A stretch of DNA of 64,000 nucleotides, taken from Octopus sinensis. Taxonomy: Eukaryota. The notes beneath the pieces were generated by a model, which had not been told where the DNA came from, ran no database searches, and worked only from the letters and a program-made list of their open reading frames with translations. Shown here piece by piece: positions 27,283-44,312 of the stretch. Where the stretch lies: NCBI RefSeq assembly GCF_006345805.1, contig NC_043013.1, forward strand, positions 53,630,001 through 53,694,000, in the 5' to 3' direction. A program made the position numbers and the translations under genes. Every line of letters begins with the position of its first letter. Positions within the stretch are counted from its first letter, which is position 1.

Positions 27283-30200
27283 TTATGCTTTGTATAATGC
27301 TTATATATTTATATTTATGCTTTATATAATGATTATATATTTATATTTATGCTTTATATAATGCTTATATATTTATATTTATGCTTTATATAATGCTTGT
27401 ATATTTATATTTATGTTTTATATAATGTTTATATATTTATGATTTATATAATGCTTATATATTTATATTTATGCTTTATATAATGCTTATATATTTATAT
27501 TTATGCTTTATATAATGTTTATATATATATATTTATGCTATATATAATGCTTATATATTTATATTTATGCTTTATATAATGCTCATATATTTATATTTAT
27601 GCTTTATATAATGCTTATATATTTATGCTTTATATAATGCTTATATATTTATGCTTTATATAATGCTTATATATTTATATTTATGCTTTATATAATGCTT
27701 GTATATTTATATTTATGTTTTATATAATGTTTATATATTTATGATTTATATAATGCTTATATATTTATATTTATGCTTTATATAATGCTTATATATTTAT
27801 ATTTATGCTTTATATAATGCTTATATATTTATATTTATGCTTTATATAATGCTCATATATTTATATTTATGCTTTATATAATGCTTATATATTTATGCTT
27901 TATATAATGCTTATATATTTATGCTTTATATAATGCTTATATATTTATGCTTTATATAATGCTTATATATTTATGCTTTATATAATGCTTATATATTTAT
28001 ATTTATGCTTTATATAATGCTTATATATTTATGCTTTATATAATGCTTATATATTTATATTTATGCTTTATATAATGCTTATATATTTATATTTATGCTT
28101 TATATAATGCTCATATATTTATGCTTTATATAATGCTCATATATTTATGCTTTATATAATGCTTATATATTTATGCTTTATATAATGCTTATATATTTAT
28201 ATTTATGCTTTATATAATGCTTATATATTTATATTTATGCTTTATATAATGCTCATATATTTATGCTTTATATAATGCTCATATATTTATGCTTTATATA
28301 ATGCTCATATATTTATGCTTTATATAATGCTTATATATTTATATTTATGCTTTATATAATGCTTATATATTTATATTTATGCTTTATATAATGCTTATAT
28401 ATTTATATTTATGATTTATATAATGCTCATATATTTATGCTTTATATAATGCTCATATATTTATGCTTTATATAATGCTTATATATTTATGCTTTATATA
28501 ATGCTTATATATTTATATTTATGCTTTATATAATGCTCATATATTTATGCTTTATATAATGCTCATATATTTATGCTTTATATAATGCTCATATATTTAT
28601 GCTTTATATAATGCTTATATATTTATATTTATGCTTTATATAATGCTTATATATTTATATTTATGCTTTATATAATGCTTATATATTTATGCTTTATATA
28701 ATGCTTATATATTTATATTTATGCTTTATATAATGCTTATATATTTATATTTATGCTTTATATAATGCTCATATATTTATGCTTTATATAATGCTTATAT
28801 ATTTATGCTTTATATAATGCTTATATATTTATATTTATGCTTTATATAATGCTTATATATTTATATTTATGCTTTATAAAATGCTCATATATTTATGCTT
28901 TATATAATGCTCATATATTTATGCTTTATATAATGCTTATATATTTATATTTATGCTTTATATAATGCTCATATATTTATATTTATGCTTTATATAATGC
29001 TTATATATTTATGATTTATATAATGCTTATATATTTATGCTTTATATAATGCTTATATATTTATGCTTTATATAATGCTTATATATTTATGCTTTATATA
29101 ATGCTTATATATTTATATTTATGCTTTATATAATGCTTATATATTAATGCTTTATATAATGCTTATATATTTATATTTATGCTTTATATAATACTTATAT
29201 ATTTATATTTATGCTTTATATAATGCTCATATATTTATGCTTTATATAATGCTCATATATTTATGCTTTATATAATGCTTATATATTTATGCTTTATATA
29301 ATGCTTCTATATTTATATTTATGCTTTATATAATGCTTATATATTTATATTTATGCTTTATATAATGCTCATATATTTATGCTTTATATAATGCTCATAT
29401 ATTTATGCTTTATATAATGCTCATATATTTATGCTTTATATAATGCATATATATTTATATTTATGCTTTATATAAAGCTTATATATTTATATTTATGCTT
29501 TATATAATGCTTATATATTTATGCTTTATATAATGCTTATATATTTATATTTATGCTTTATATAATGCTTATATATTTATATTTATGCTTTATATAATGC
29601 TCATATATTTATGCTTTATATAATGCTCATATATTTATGCTTTATATAATGCTTATATATTTATGCTTTATATAATGCTTATATATTTATATTTATGCTT
29701 TATATAATGCTTATATATTTATATTTATGCTTTATATAATGCTCATATATTTATGCTTTATATAATGCTCATATATTTATGCTTTATATAATGCTTATAT
29801 ATTTATGCTTTATATAATGCTTATATATTTATGCTTTATATAATGCATATATTTATATTTATGCGTTATATAATGCTTATATATTTATATTTATGCTTTA
29901 TATAATGCTTATATATTTATATTTATGCTTTATATAATGCTCATATATTTATGCTTTATATAATGCTCATATATTTATGCTTTATATAATGCTTATATAT
30001 TTATATTTATGCTTTATATAATGCTTATATATTTATATTTATGCTTTATATAATGCTTATATATTTATGCTTTATATAATGCTTATATATTCATATTCAT
30101 GCTTTATATAATGCTTATATATTTATATTTATGCTTTATATAATGCTTAAATATTTATGCTTTATATAATGCTTATATATTCATATTTATGCTTTATATA

Positions 30201-33200
30201 ATGCTTATATATTTATATTTATGCTTTATATAATGCTTATATATTTATGCTTTATATAATGCTTATATATTCATATTCATGCTTTATATAATGCTTATAT
30301 ATTTATATTTATGCTTTATATAATGCTTAAATATTTATGCTTTATATAATGCTTATTATTCATATTTATGCTTTATATAATGCTTATATATTTATATTTA
30401 TGCTTTATATAATGCTTATATATTTATAATTATGCTTTATATAATGCTCATATATTTATATTTATGCTTCATATAATGCTTATATATTCATATTTATGCT
30501 TTATATAATGCTTATATATTTATATTTATGCTTTATATAATGCTTATATATTCATATTTATGCTTTATATAATGCTTATATATTTATATTTATGCTTTAT
30601 ATAATGCTTATATATTTATGCTTTATATAATGCTTATATATTTATGCTTTATATAATGCTTATATATTTATGCTTTATGTAATGCTTATACATTTATGCT
30701 TTATATAATGCTTATATATTTATATTTATGCTTTATATAATGCTTATATATTTATGCTTTATATAATGCTCATATATTTATGCTTTATATAATGCTTATA
30801 TATTTATATTTATGCTTTATATAGTGGTTATATATTATGCTTTATATAATGCTTATATATTTATATTTATGCTTTATATAATGCTTATATATTTATATTT
30901 ATGCTTTATATAATGCTTATATATTTATATTTATGCTTTATATAATGCTTATATATTTATATTTATGCTTTATATAATGCTTATATATTTATGCTTTATA
31001 TAATGCATATATTTATATTTATGCGTTATATAATGCTTATATATTTATATTTATGCTTATATAATGCTTATATATTTATATTTAGGCTTTATATAATGCT
31101 TATATATTTTATATTTATGCTTTATATAATGCTTATATATATTTATATTTATGCTTTATATAATGCTTATATATTTATATTTATGCTTTATATAATGCTT
31201 ATATATTATTTATGCTTTATATAATGCTTATATATTTATATTTATGCTTTATAATGCTTATATATTTATGCTTTATATATGCTTATATATTTATGCTTTA
31301 TATAATGCTTATATATTTATATTTATGCTTTATATAATGCTTATATATTTATATTTATGCTTTATATATGCTTATATATTATATTTATGCTTTATATAAT
31401 GCTTATATATTTATATTTATGCTTATATAATGCTATATATTTATATTCATGCTTTATATAATGCTTATATATTTATATTTATGCTTTATATAATGCTTAT
31501 ATATTTATGCTTTATATAATGCTTATATATTTATATTTATGCTTTATATAATGCTTATATATTTATATTTATGCTTTATATAATGTTTATATATTTATGC
31601 TTTATATAATGCTTATATATTTATGCTTTATATAATGCTTATATATTTATATTTATGCTTTATATAATGCTTATATATTTATATTTATGCTATATATAAT
31701 GCTTATATATTTATATTTATGCTTTATATAATGCTTATATATTTATATTTATGCTTATATAATGCTTATTATTTATATTCATGCTTTATATAATGCTTAT
31801 ATTTTATATTTATGCTTTAATAATGCTTATATATTTATGCTTTATATAATGCTTATATATTTCTCTTTATGCTTTATATAATGCTTATATATTTATATTA
31901 TGCTTTATATAATGTTTATATATTATGCTTTATATAATGCTTATATATTTATGCTTTATATAATGCTTATATATTTATATTTTATGCTTTATATAATGCT
32001 TATATATTTATATTTATGCTTTATATAATGCTTATATATTTATATTCATGCTTTATATAATGCTTATATATTTATATTTATGCTTTATATAATGCTCATA
32101 TATTTATGCTTTATATAATGCTCATATATTTATGCTTTATATAATGCTTATATATTTATGCTTTATATAATGCTTATATATTTATATTTATGCTTTATAT
32201 AATGCTTATATATTTATATTTATGCTTTATATAATGCTCATATATTTATGCTTTATATAATGCTCATATTTATGCTTTATATAATGCTTATATATTTATG
32301 CTTTATATAATGCTTATATATTTATGCTTTATATAATGCATATATTTATATTTATGCGTTATATAATGCTTATATATTTATATTTATGCTTTATATAATG
32401 CTTATATATTTATATTTATGCTTTATATAATGCTCATATATTTTGCTTTATATAATGCTCATATATTTATGCTTTATATAATGCTTATATATTTATATTT
32501 ATGCTTTATATAATGCTTATATATTTATATTTATGCTTTATATAATTATATATTTATGCTTTATATAATGCTTATATATTTCATATTCATGCTTTATATA
32601 ATGCTTATATATTTATATTTATGCTTTATATAATGCTTAAATATTTTATGCTTTATATAATGCTTATATATTCATATTTATGCTTTATATATGCTTATAT
32701 ATTTATATTTATGCTTTATATAATGCTTATATATTTATATTTGCTTTATATAATGCTCATATATTTATTTATGCTTCATATAATGCTTATATATTCATAT
32801 TTATGCTTTATATATGCTTATATATTTATATTTATGCTTTATATAATGCTTATATATTCATATTTATGCTTTATATAATGCTATATATTTATATTTTATG
32901 CTTTATATAATGCTTATATATTTATGCTTTATGTAATGCTTATACATTTATGCTTTATATAATGCTTATATATTTATATTTATGCTTTATATAATGCTTA
33001 TATATTTATGCTTTATATAATGCTCATATATTTATGCTTTATATAATGCTTATATATTTATATTTATGCTTTATATAGTGGTTATATATTATGCTTTATA
33101 TAATGCTTATATATTTATATTTATGCTTTATATAATGCTTATATATTTATATTTATGCTTTATATAATGCTTATATATTTATATTTATGCTTTATATAAT

Positions 33201-36200
33201 GCTTATATATTTATATTTATGCTTTATATAATGCTTATATATTTATGCTTTATATAATGCATATATTTATATTTATGCGTTATATAATGCTTATATATTT
33301 ATATTTATGCTTTATATAATGCTTATATATTTATATTTAGGCTTTATATAATGCTTATATATTTATATTTATGCTTTATATAATGCTTATATATATTTAT
33401 ATTTATGCTTTATATAATGCTTATATATTTATATTTATGCTTTATATAATGCTTATATATTTATATTTATGCTTTATATAATGCTTATATATTTATATTT
33501 ATGCTTTATATAATGTTTATACATTTATGCTTTATATAATGCTTATATATTTATGCTTTATATAATGCTTATATATTTATATTTATGCTTTATATAATGC
33601 TTATATATTTATATTTATGCTTTATAATGCTTATATATTATATTTATGCTTTATATAATGCTTATATATTTATATTTATGCTTTATATAATGCTTATATA
33701 TTTATATCATGCTATATAATGCTTATATATTTATATTTATGCTTTATATAATGCTTATATATTTATGCTTTATATAATGCTTATGTATTTATATTTATGC
33801 TTTATATAATGCTTATATATTATATTTATGCTTTATATAATGTTTTATAATTATGCTTTATATAATGCTTATATATTTATGCTTTATATAATGCTTATAT
33901 ATTTATATTTATGCTTTATATAATGCTTATATATTATATTTATGCTATATATAATGCTTATATATTTATATTTATGCTTTATATAATGCTTATTATATTT
34001 ATATTTATGCTTTAATAATGCTTATATATTTATATTCATGCTTTATATAATGCTTATATATTATATTATGCTTTATATAATGATATATTTATGCTTTATA
34101 TAATGCTTATATTTCTCTTTATGCTTTATATAATGCTTATATATTTATATTTATGCTTATATAATGTTATATATTTATGCTTTATATAATGCTTATATAT
34201 TTATGCTTTATATAATGCTTATATATTTATATTTATGCTTTATATAATGTTATATATTTATATTTATGCTTTATATAATGCTTATATATTTATATTCATG
34301 CTTTATATATGCTTATATATTATTTATGCTTTATATAATGCTCATATATTTATGCTTTATATAATGCTCATATATTTATGCTTTATATAATGCTTATATA
34401 TTTTGCTTTATATAATGCTTATATATTATATTTATGCTTTATATAATGCTTATAATTTATATTTATGCTTTATATAATGCTCATATATTTATGCTTTATA
34501 TAATGCTCATATATTTATGCTTTATATAATGCTTATATATTTATGCTTATATAATGCTTATATTTATGCTTTATATAATGCATATATTTATATTTATGCG
34601 TTATATAATGCTTATATATTTATATTTATGCTTTATATAATGCTTATATATTTATATTTATGCTTATATAATGCTCATATATTTATGCTTTATAAATGCT
34701 CATATATTTATGCTTTATATAATGCTTATATTTATATTTATGCTTTATAATGCTTATATATTTATTTTATGCTTTATATAATGCTTATATATTTATGCTT
34801 TATATAATGCTTATATATTCATATTCATGCTTTATATAATGCTTATATATTTATATTTATGCTTTATATAATGCTTAAATATTTATGCTTTATATAATGC
34901 TTATATATTCATATTTATGCTTTATATAATGCTTATATATTTATATTTATGCTTTATATAATGCTTATATATTTATAATTATGCTTTATATAATGCTCAT
35001 ATATTTATATTTATGCTTCATATAATGCTTATATATTCATATTTATGCTTTATATAATGCTTATATATTTATATTTATGCTTTATATAATGCTTATATAT
35101 TCATATTTATGCTTTATATAATGCTTATATATTTATATTTATGCTTATATAATGCTATATATTTATGCTTTATGTAATGCTTATACATTTATGCTTTTAT
35201 AATCTTATATATTTATATTTATGCTTTATATAATGCTTATATATTTATGCTTTATATAATGCTCATATATTTATGCTTTATATAATGCTTATATATTTAT
35301 ATTATGCTTTATATAGTGGTTATATATTATGCTTTATATAATGCTTATATATTTATATTATGCTTTATATAATGCTTATATAATTATATTTATGCTTTAT
35401 ATAATGCTATATATTTATATTTATGCTTTATATAATGCTTATATATTATATTTATGCTTTATATAATGCTTATAATTATGCTTTATATAATGCATATATT
35501 TTATTTATGCGTTATATAATGCTTATATATTTATATTATGCTTTATATAATGCTTATATATTTATATTTAGGCTTTATATAATGCTTATATATTTATATT
35601 TATGCTTTATATAATGCTTATATATTTATATTTATGCTTTATATAATGCTTATATATTTATATTTATGCTTTATATAATGCTTATATATTTATATTTATG
35701 CTTTATATAATGCTTATATATTTATATTATGCTTTATATAATGTTTATACATTATGCTTTATATAATGCTTATATATTATGCTTTATATAATGCTTATAT
35801 ATATTATATTTATGCTTTATATATGCTATATATTTATATTTATGCTTTATATAATGCTTATATATTTATATTTATGCTTATATAATGCTATATATTTATA
35901 TTTATGCTTTATATAATGCTTATATATTATATTCATGCTTTATATAATGCTTATATATTTATATTATGCTTTATATAATGCTTATATATTTATGCTTTAT
36001 ATAATGCTTATATATTTATATTATGCTTATATAATGCTATATATTTATATTTATGCTTTATATAATGTTTATATATTTTATTTATATAATGCTTATATAT
36101 TATGCTTTATATAATGCTTATATATTTATATTTATGCTTTATATAATGCTTATATATTTATATTTATGCTATATATAATGCTTATATATTTATATTTATG

Positions 36201-38170
36201 CTTTATATAATGCTTATATATTTATATTTATGCTTTATATAATGCTTATATATTTATATTCATGCTTTATATAATGCTTATATATTTATATTTATGCTTT
36301 ATATAATGCTTATATATTTATGCTTTATATAATGCTTATATATTTCTCTTTATGCTTTATATAATGCTTATATATTTATATTTATGCTTTATATAATGTT
36401 TATATATTTATGCTTTATATAATGCTTATATATTTATGCTTTATATAATGCTTATATATTTATATTTATGCTTTATATAATGCTTATATATTTATATTTA
36501 TGCTTTATATAATGCTTATATATTTATATTCATGCTTTATATAATGCTTATATATTTATATTTATGCTTTATATAATGCTTATATATTTATGCTTTATAT
36601 AATGCTTATATATTTATATTTATGCTTTATATACTGCTTATATATTTATATTTTTGCTTTATATAATGTTTATATATTTATGCTTTATATAATGCTTATA
36701 TATTTATGCTTTATATAATGCTTATATATTTATGTTTATGCTTTATATAATGCTTATATATTTATATTTATGCTTTATATAATGTTTATATATTTATGCT
36801 TTATATAATGCTTTTATATTTATGCTTTATATAATGCTTATATATTTATATTTATGCTTTATATAATGCTTATATATTTATATTTATGCTTTATATAATG
36901 CTTATATATTTATATTTATGCTTTATATAATGCTTATATATTTATATTTATGCTATATATAATGCTTATATATTTATATTCATGCTTTATATAATGCTTA
37001 TATATTTATATTTATGCTTTATATAATGCTTATATATTTATGCTTTATATAATGCTTATATATTTATGCTTTATATAATGCTTATATATTTATATTTATG
37101 CTTTATACAATGCTTATATATTTATATTTATGCTTTATATAATGCTTATATATTTATGCTTTATATAATGCTTATATATTTATATTTATGCTTTATATAA
37201 TGCTTATATATTTATATTGATGCTTTATATAATGCTTATATATTTATATTTATGCTTTATATAATGCTTATATATTTATATTTATGCTTTATATAATGCT
37301 TATATATTTATGCTTTATATAATGCTTATATATTTATATTTAGGCTTTATATAATGCTTATATATTTATATTTATGCTTTATATAATGCTTATATATTTA
37401 TATTTATGCTTTATATAATGTTTATATATTTATGCTTTATATAATGCTTATATATTTATGCTTTATATAATGCTTATATATTTATATTTATGCTTTATAT
37501 AATGCTTATATATTTATATTTATGCTTTATATAATGCTTATATATTTATATTTATGCTTTATATAATGCTTATATATTTATATTTATGCTTTATATAATG
37601 CTTATATATTTATATTCATGCTTTATATAATGCTTATATATTTATATTTATGCTTTATATAATGCTTATATATTTATGCTTTATATAATGCTTATATATT
37701 TATGCTTTATATAATGCTTATATATTTATATTTATGCTTTATATAATGCTTATATATTTATATTTATGCTTTATATAATGCTTATATATTTATATTTATG
37801 CTTTATATAATGCTTATATATTTATATTTATGCTTTATATAATGCTTATATATTTATATTTATGCTTTATATAATGCTTATATATTTATATTTATGCTTT
37901 ATATAATGCTTATATATTTATATTTATGCTTTAATAATGCTTATATATTTATATTTATGCTTTATATAATGCTTATATATTTATATTTATGCTTTATAAT
38001 GCTTATATATTTATATTTATGCTTTATATAATGCTTATATATTTATATTTATGCTTTATATAATGCTTATATATTTATATTTATGCTTTATATAATGCTT
38101 TTATATTTATATTTATACTTTATATAATGCTTATATATTTATATTTATGCTTTATATAATGCTTATATAT
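27283..38170. repeat. 10.9-kb AT-rich minisatellite of 26-bp (TTATGCTTTATATAATGCTTATATAT) and 32-bp (plus TTATAT) units
   Basis: Continuous tandem array; rare variants recur about every 2.24 kb. Confidence 0.98.
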
Positions 38171-41100
38171 AGCGTTTGATGAAGTCGGAGACATTTTTTA
38201 TGATCTTTCCCTTCAGAGTACTTTGACATAATATTATACAGGGTTATCAATTTTATTTGCAAATTACGTTTAGCATTACGAGATGTGAAGTAGAACCTAT
38301 TTACCGTCCCCCGAATAATTTGGTTATGTGTCATGTCTTCCGCCGTAATCTTTGGTCTATGTCTATCCGTCTATTTATCGACCTGAACATGTGTGTGGTG
38401 TACGTACGTGTGCTTGTATGTATGTTTATAACAAAATGAAACAGGAGGATTTATTTACAAAATATTTATCTAAAATATAAATAAATATTATATCAAGTTA
38501 CGTGAGTTTCATTAACAAAGAATTTTTCCAGTTATATAATTGTAATTATATAATCCAATTGCATTTTCCTATCTTGAGAGGGGCGTGACACTCATTTATC
38601 ATTTTTATTACACATACTTTATTAGTGACAGTTTTGCATTCCCAGTTACCGCACCTGTCTACATGTCTGTGTGTCTGATGGTGTATTAATGCAAGTTTGT
38701 ATACACACACACACACACACACACACGCACACTCACTCACGCATGCACATACATGCATATATTTATATATATAGTTTACTGTTCTGTTTAGGTAGGATAA
38801 AAAGTACCCCAGTCAGTGAAAGCTAGATAACATTTAATGTAGACTCTATTAAGATAAGAGCCACTTATAGTTTCTTGCTTTGAGGACACGTGGCTAGGTT
38901 CCTTATAAAAGCCAGTCTAACTACGTTTCTTCACAAGAAGCTATTTGTAATTCTTATCTCAATACTCTGTACGTTAAATGATATAAATATTATTCATTAT
39001 TAATATATATTTATACTGAGGTGGTTCTTAGAAAATTACTGTTTGTAAATCTCACAACGAGAGATATTCAGCAACAGTACTTTGGAGTAAAGATTATTTG
39101 TCAACATAAGGACACAGATCGTTTCGTATAGCCAGCTGCAGACGATATCTCCTGGGGCTAAATTACAGCAACATTCGTCCTAAACCAGGACTGCCTTGTT
39201 ACTCTGAGGTAATTGTGTTTTAGCGCAACACAAATAAGAACGTAGACAGGATTTAGATGTGATGTGTTCTTGAACTTCTCTCTTGGTGAATCGTGCTGAT
39301 GAGGAATTGAGGTCCAGAGGACCAGGATTCCGAAACCTAGCTACACAAATATTCGAGTAAGAGTATCTATAAAAGCGTGTTTTGATTTCTTTCACCATTT
39401 GGCCCCCTTCTGTCTTATTTCTCAGTTTTTCGGTGGTTTTATTTAGGGTTATAACTCCTATTTCTAACAGATATAGCGTATAAACGCCTTGATGCATAAC
39501 GCTAATTTTAAAATTTCATAGCCATTTACCGCTATCGAACCGTCTAAATTATTGACGATATTATCGATTACTTATATTTACTGTAGATAATATTAGCAAC
39601 AATAATATCTTTATGAATATTCAAGTTTGAATATTTCATATATATATATGTCTCTGTGTGTGTATACTGCGTGTGTGAGCGTGCTCGCCTTTTTGTACAC
39701 TGGTTTCCCACCCTCGTTATTACCAGGAGAAAACTTAAAGTGAACACGTTTTGGTGTGTTAAATTCATTTTGAGTCGAGAAGCATTTTTGTTGCTGTTGA
39801 TCTTGTCGTTGTTTTTGCTTAGCCCTTTTCAATTTGTTACACTAGATCTATGATCAATGGATTTCCATTTATGACCAACATTTCTCGATCTCTTACATAT
39901 ATCGAATATGCAGGAGAAAATCATCTAGTCTCTCAGTTTTCTCCATTTTCTCCATTCTGTATTAACACAATCGAGATTTCGTAACTATTTCTAGAATACT
40001 GAGAGATCTCCTGGAGGCTCCTTCATTGGCTTCAACGCTTATCTTCTTTGATATACAAAGAATAATATTTACAAAGAAAATATAATCCATAAACGACAAT
40101 ATTTCAATTCTATCTCATAGAATATTATTTGCTTTTATTTCTGACGTCATATATATATGGGTTTTGTTTGGGAATTAAAAAAATCATTTTGAAATAAATG
40201 CAAAACTACCTGCTGCTTGTCTCACATCAATATCAAAGAAAGTGCGATCTGTTAAAAATTCAAGTAAATGGTGTTTGGATTTCTTAGTTGTTGCTGTTGC
40301 TGTTACGACTGTTGTTCCTCGAGTAGTTGTTGCTTTTGTTATTGTCGTTGCAGCTGGTTCGGCTGACGATGATGTTCCTTTTCTTACTGTTGCTTTAATT
40401 GTTCAAAAATAAATCAGCCTTGGTGGAACAAATTTAGGTCAACACCTTTTTCCTGTTCCTTGTCTTCTATCCAGACATCGCTTACTGCATACCATCGCGG
40501 TACATTTCGTTGTTATATTTAGCAGATCAAGTGACTGTGTCCATAGCTCACCGCTTATCCTTTGTTTGTAAGTTCCCACCCACTTCTTTCCCCCACAACA
40601 CACGGGGTTGGGAATCACCCATATTAACGCCGAATTGATACCAATTATTACAAACAATGCTAAAATGGCATTATAAACCCCATGATTTGTAACCAATCAT
40701 TAATTATTTTTTTTTGCATTATTTTATAAAATGTGTTTCTATTTACGTTCACAATCCAATTATCTTTCTCTGGTATATACACAGTTAGAAAAGACCAGAT
40801 AACAGATAACAAACCAGATAAAAGCTATCAAAATCAACAGCAATATCTACTTTGCAGCACAACATTAAAAGCAAAACACACGCTCACAAGATGGTGGTAA
40901 TGTTCCTTGTTAAGTGATATCATGCCGGTTATGAGATTGTATCACCTGCAGCGTTTCACAGCTTGGTGCCCTATTAAGATTACAAAACACTAAGTTGTGT
41001 CATGCAGAAAACTGATTCATTTCACGGCTGATAGTTGGAAATTTCACAAATATCTTTTGGATAAGAAAGACATGTATCTGTAAAGCATACTGTATTGTGT

Positions 41101-41313
41101 AGGTTTTTTCATATCATTTTTATATTTTAATTGTTTTTTTTTATTTTTTCTACTGCAATTGGTGAACAATAACGCCGTTGGCTAATCAATCATTAAGTTC
41201 AATAGCCTACGACCGTGAGAATGAGAAAAGAGCGTCAGTAGTCTGTAGATAACAAATATCAGGGGAGATTTTTGCGTCAAGGGCTCCAGTTTTATATAGA
41301 TACATCAAGGCAT

Positions 41314-41346
<33 letters not shown>

Positions 41347-41801
41347 CTCACACACACTCGTACACACACACACATATATATAAACATATACATAAGTATG
41401 TATGCATGTATGTATGTATGGAAGGCGGAATTGCCCCATCTTTATAAGTGACTGGCGTCTCATTTTTGTTCCTCGTTATAGATGGCATTTTCTAACTTAC
41501 CATCCATGACCTCTCAGGCAAGTATTGACTCTTGTTGCAGATCTGCATAGTTTGAAGCAAAGCTTCGAGTCGAAAATAGTAACTTACTGTGCATTTCTAA
41601 TTGGTTAGGGGTCTACACATGTCGCCACTCTGCCATCGCCATACAACATTTAATCAGTGATATGGCAACTGAGGTCAGCATAAAATACATCTGTCTGTCG
41701 TTGGGTTAAAGTGATAAATAGTCGTACAACACGAGTGTATATGTTTATATATTATATATATATATAGTGAGAGAGAGAAAAGACAGCTATATATATATAT
41801 A

Positions 41802-41836
<35 letters not shown>

Positions 41837-41893
41837 GCATAATATATATGTAAGCAATATATATGTGAGTGTGTGTGTATGTATGTATATATA

Positions 41894-41932
<39 letters not shown>

Positions 41933-42805
41933 CATGCACATACATATATGTATGTATATAAATGGATGAATGAATTATCCTTTGTTTACCGTTAACATGG
42001 AAAATTCAATAAACAGTTACCAGGGTAGCAAAGTTCACGCACGTAACAAGGATGTAGCGACCTAATCAAAGGTAGAACTCCGGGTTAATGTGCAGTAATT
42101 TGTGTAGTATAAGAAATAAATGGAGCTGAACGCAGACGTTATTAAAATTCTTTTACTGTTGTCCCCATTTATTTACTTATATATATATATATCTATATAT
42201 ATATATATATTATATATATATATATATAGATAGAGGAGAGAGAGAGAGAGAGAGATACGGGTGTGTGTGATTGTGTATAGAAGAATGTATTTATATCATG
42301 CATTAAATTATGCAATCTTCAGGTTCATGTAGTAGTGGTGACAGTCATGCTTCACAATTTTTGACTGTCATATATATATATATAATATATATATATATAT
42401 GAGTGTGTGAGAGAGAGGAAAAAGAGAGAAAGAAACAGAGATAAAATAACAGTGAAAAGTAATGAAATTGTGAAAAAAAGACAGAAAGGAAGAAAGGTGT
42501 TTTAAAGGAGAAGAAGACATCACAAACTGTACAATTTTGACGCGTCGTCAGATGTGTATTGTAAAGCATGATAATTTTGGTACATAGTAAATTCGGTACG
42601 TTTCATTCGAACGGTGCTCACCACCAATTGAAATTGTAAGGTGACAAGCCAGTGCACGTGGAAAACTATGAAAGACAAGGAAAATGAGGAAAAATATGGG
42701 CGTACGACGAAAACATTTTGGATGGAAGCATCCAAAGCGAAGCACAAAAGGAGACTTCTCTTTCGACAATTAATATACGCATACAGAAAGATGTTATGGT
42801 ACATC

Positions 42806-42874
<69 letters not shown>

Positions 42875-43207
42875 ATAAAATCAAAATAAGAAACAGGATA
42901 TCAAGCAGTGATACAGTACTACCGTTTCAAGCGGCTCCATTTAATTGAACAATGCAATCATTACATCAATTTAAATGCAGTGCCACCATCAGCTGCACAA
43001 ATAAATAAATAGAATTTTAACAAGTTGGACACATTAACATTCATTTTTCTGAAATACTCTGACAGAGCAAGATGGAAAAAATTCATGTTGTCACTATACA
43101 TACATACATACATACATACATGCAAACATACGTATTGGAATGGGGTTAGCGACAAACTGTTTTGGGGGACAACCAAAGGCGCAAAGACACACATACACAT
43201 ACGCGTA

Positions 43208-43246
<39 letters not shown>

Positions 43247-43332
43247 TATATATATGTATATATATATCTATATATATATATTATATATATATAATATATA
43301 TATCATATATATATACTATATATATATATATG

Positions 43333-43402
<70 letters not shown>

Positions 43403-43472
43403 ATATTATATATATATATACACGATATATATATATACTATATATATATATATCATGACTACATATAATACG

Positions 43473-43506
<34 letters not shown>

Positions 43507-43530
43507 CATATATATATAATACATATATAT

Positions 43531-43578
<48 letters not shown>

Positions 43579-43585
43579 TATATAT

Positions 43586-43616
<31 letters not shown>

Positions 43617-44312
43617 TATATGAGGATAATATCGATATTTAAGTGTCGAAATTATCAAGTGGCCAGCATGAAAGAAATACCTTACAAGGTAAAAAATTTT
43701 TAACAATTAAAAATGAGGGTGTCTAAAAGACACCAACATGCCGAATAGCAGTCGAAACACTGAAACGTGGTACTATAGTCAGTGTTTCGACTGCTATTTC
43801 GGCATGTTGGTGTCTTTTAGACACCCTCATTTTTAATTGTTAAAATTTTTTTTACCTTTGTAAGGTATTTCTTTCATGCTGGCCACTTGATAATTTCGAC
43901 ACTTAAATATCGATATTATCCTCATATATAAATTTATATAATTCGTTATTATATTCACTGCGGTGCTTATTTTAACCATATCGTACTTATGCGGTGATTT
44001 GGCGGGCGATTCAAACTGGCTGTGTCCATACGTGCATATGTATGTATGTACGGCGCTCGTATATGTAAGTATATAGTTTGCTGTGCATATATATATCTGT
44101 ATTTATGTACCCTTGATATATTCAATTGATGACGGTAAAGCTTATCTAAAGCAGAACCAGAAATCCTTGGATCTTGAATTATTCAATAATTTTTGCTTGT
44201 ATGTTTTGTCCCTCCGCTTTACCTCATGGTGCGATATGAACATTTAACGTGGTACTATAGTCAGTGTTTCGACTGCTATTTCGGCATGTTGGTGTCTTTT
44301 AGACACCCTCAT

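Noticed and set aside
27283-38170. Long regular array as a CRISPR or coding repeat
   Set aside because: No unique spacers, no cas genes, frequent stops, eukaryotic context.
39112-39158. Minus-strand GAAAC-GATC motif
   Set aside because: Core CCCAGGA, with no valid cleavage triplet or stem I.
40439-40696. Minus-strand 85-aa ORF with hydrophobic N-terminus and cysteines, like a secreted peptide
   Set aside because: Starts at TTG, has no ATG before the hydrophobic stretch, and has no recognisable family or clear splice support.
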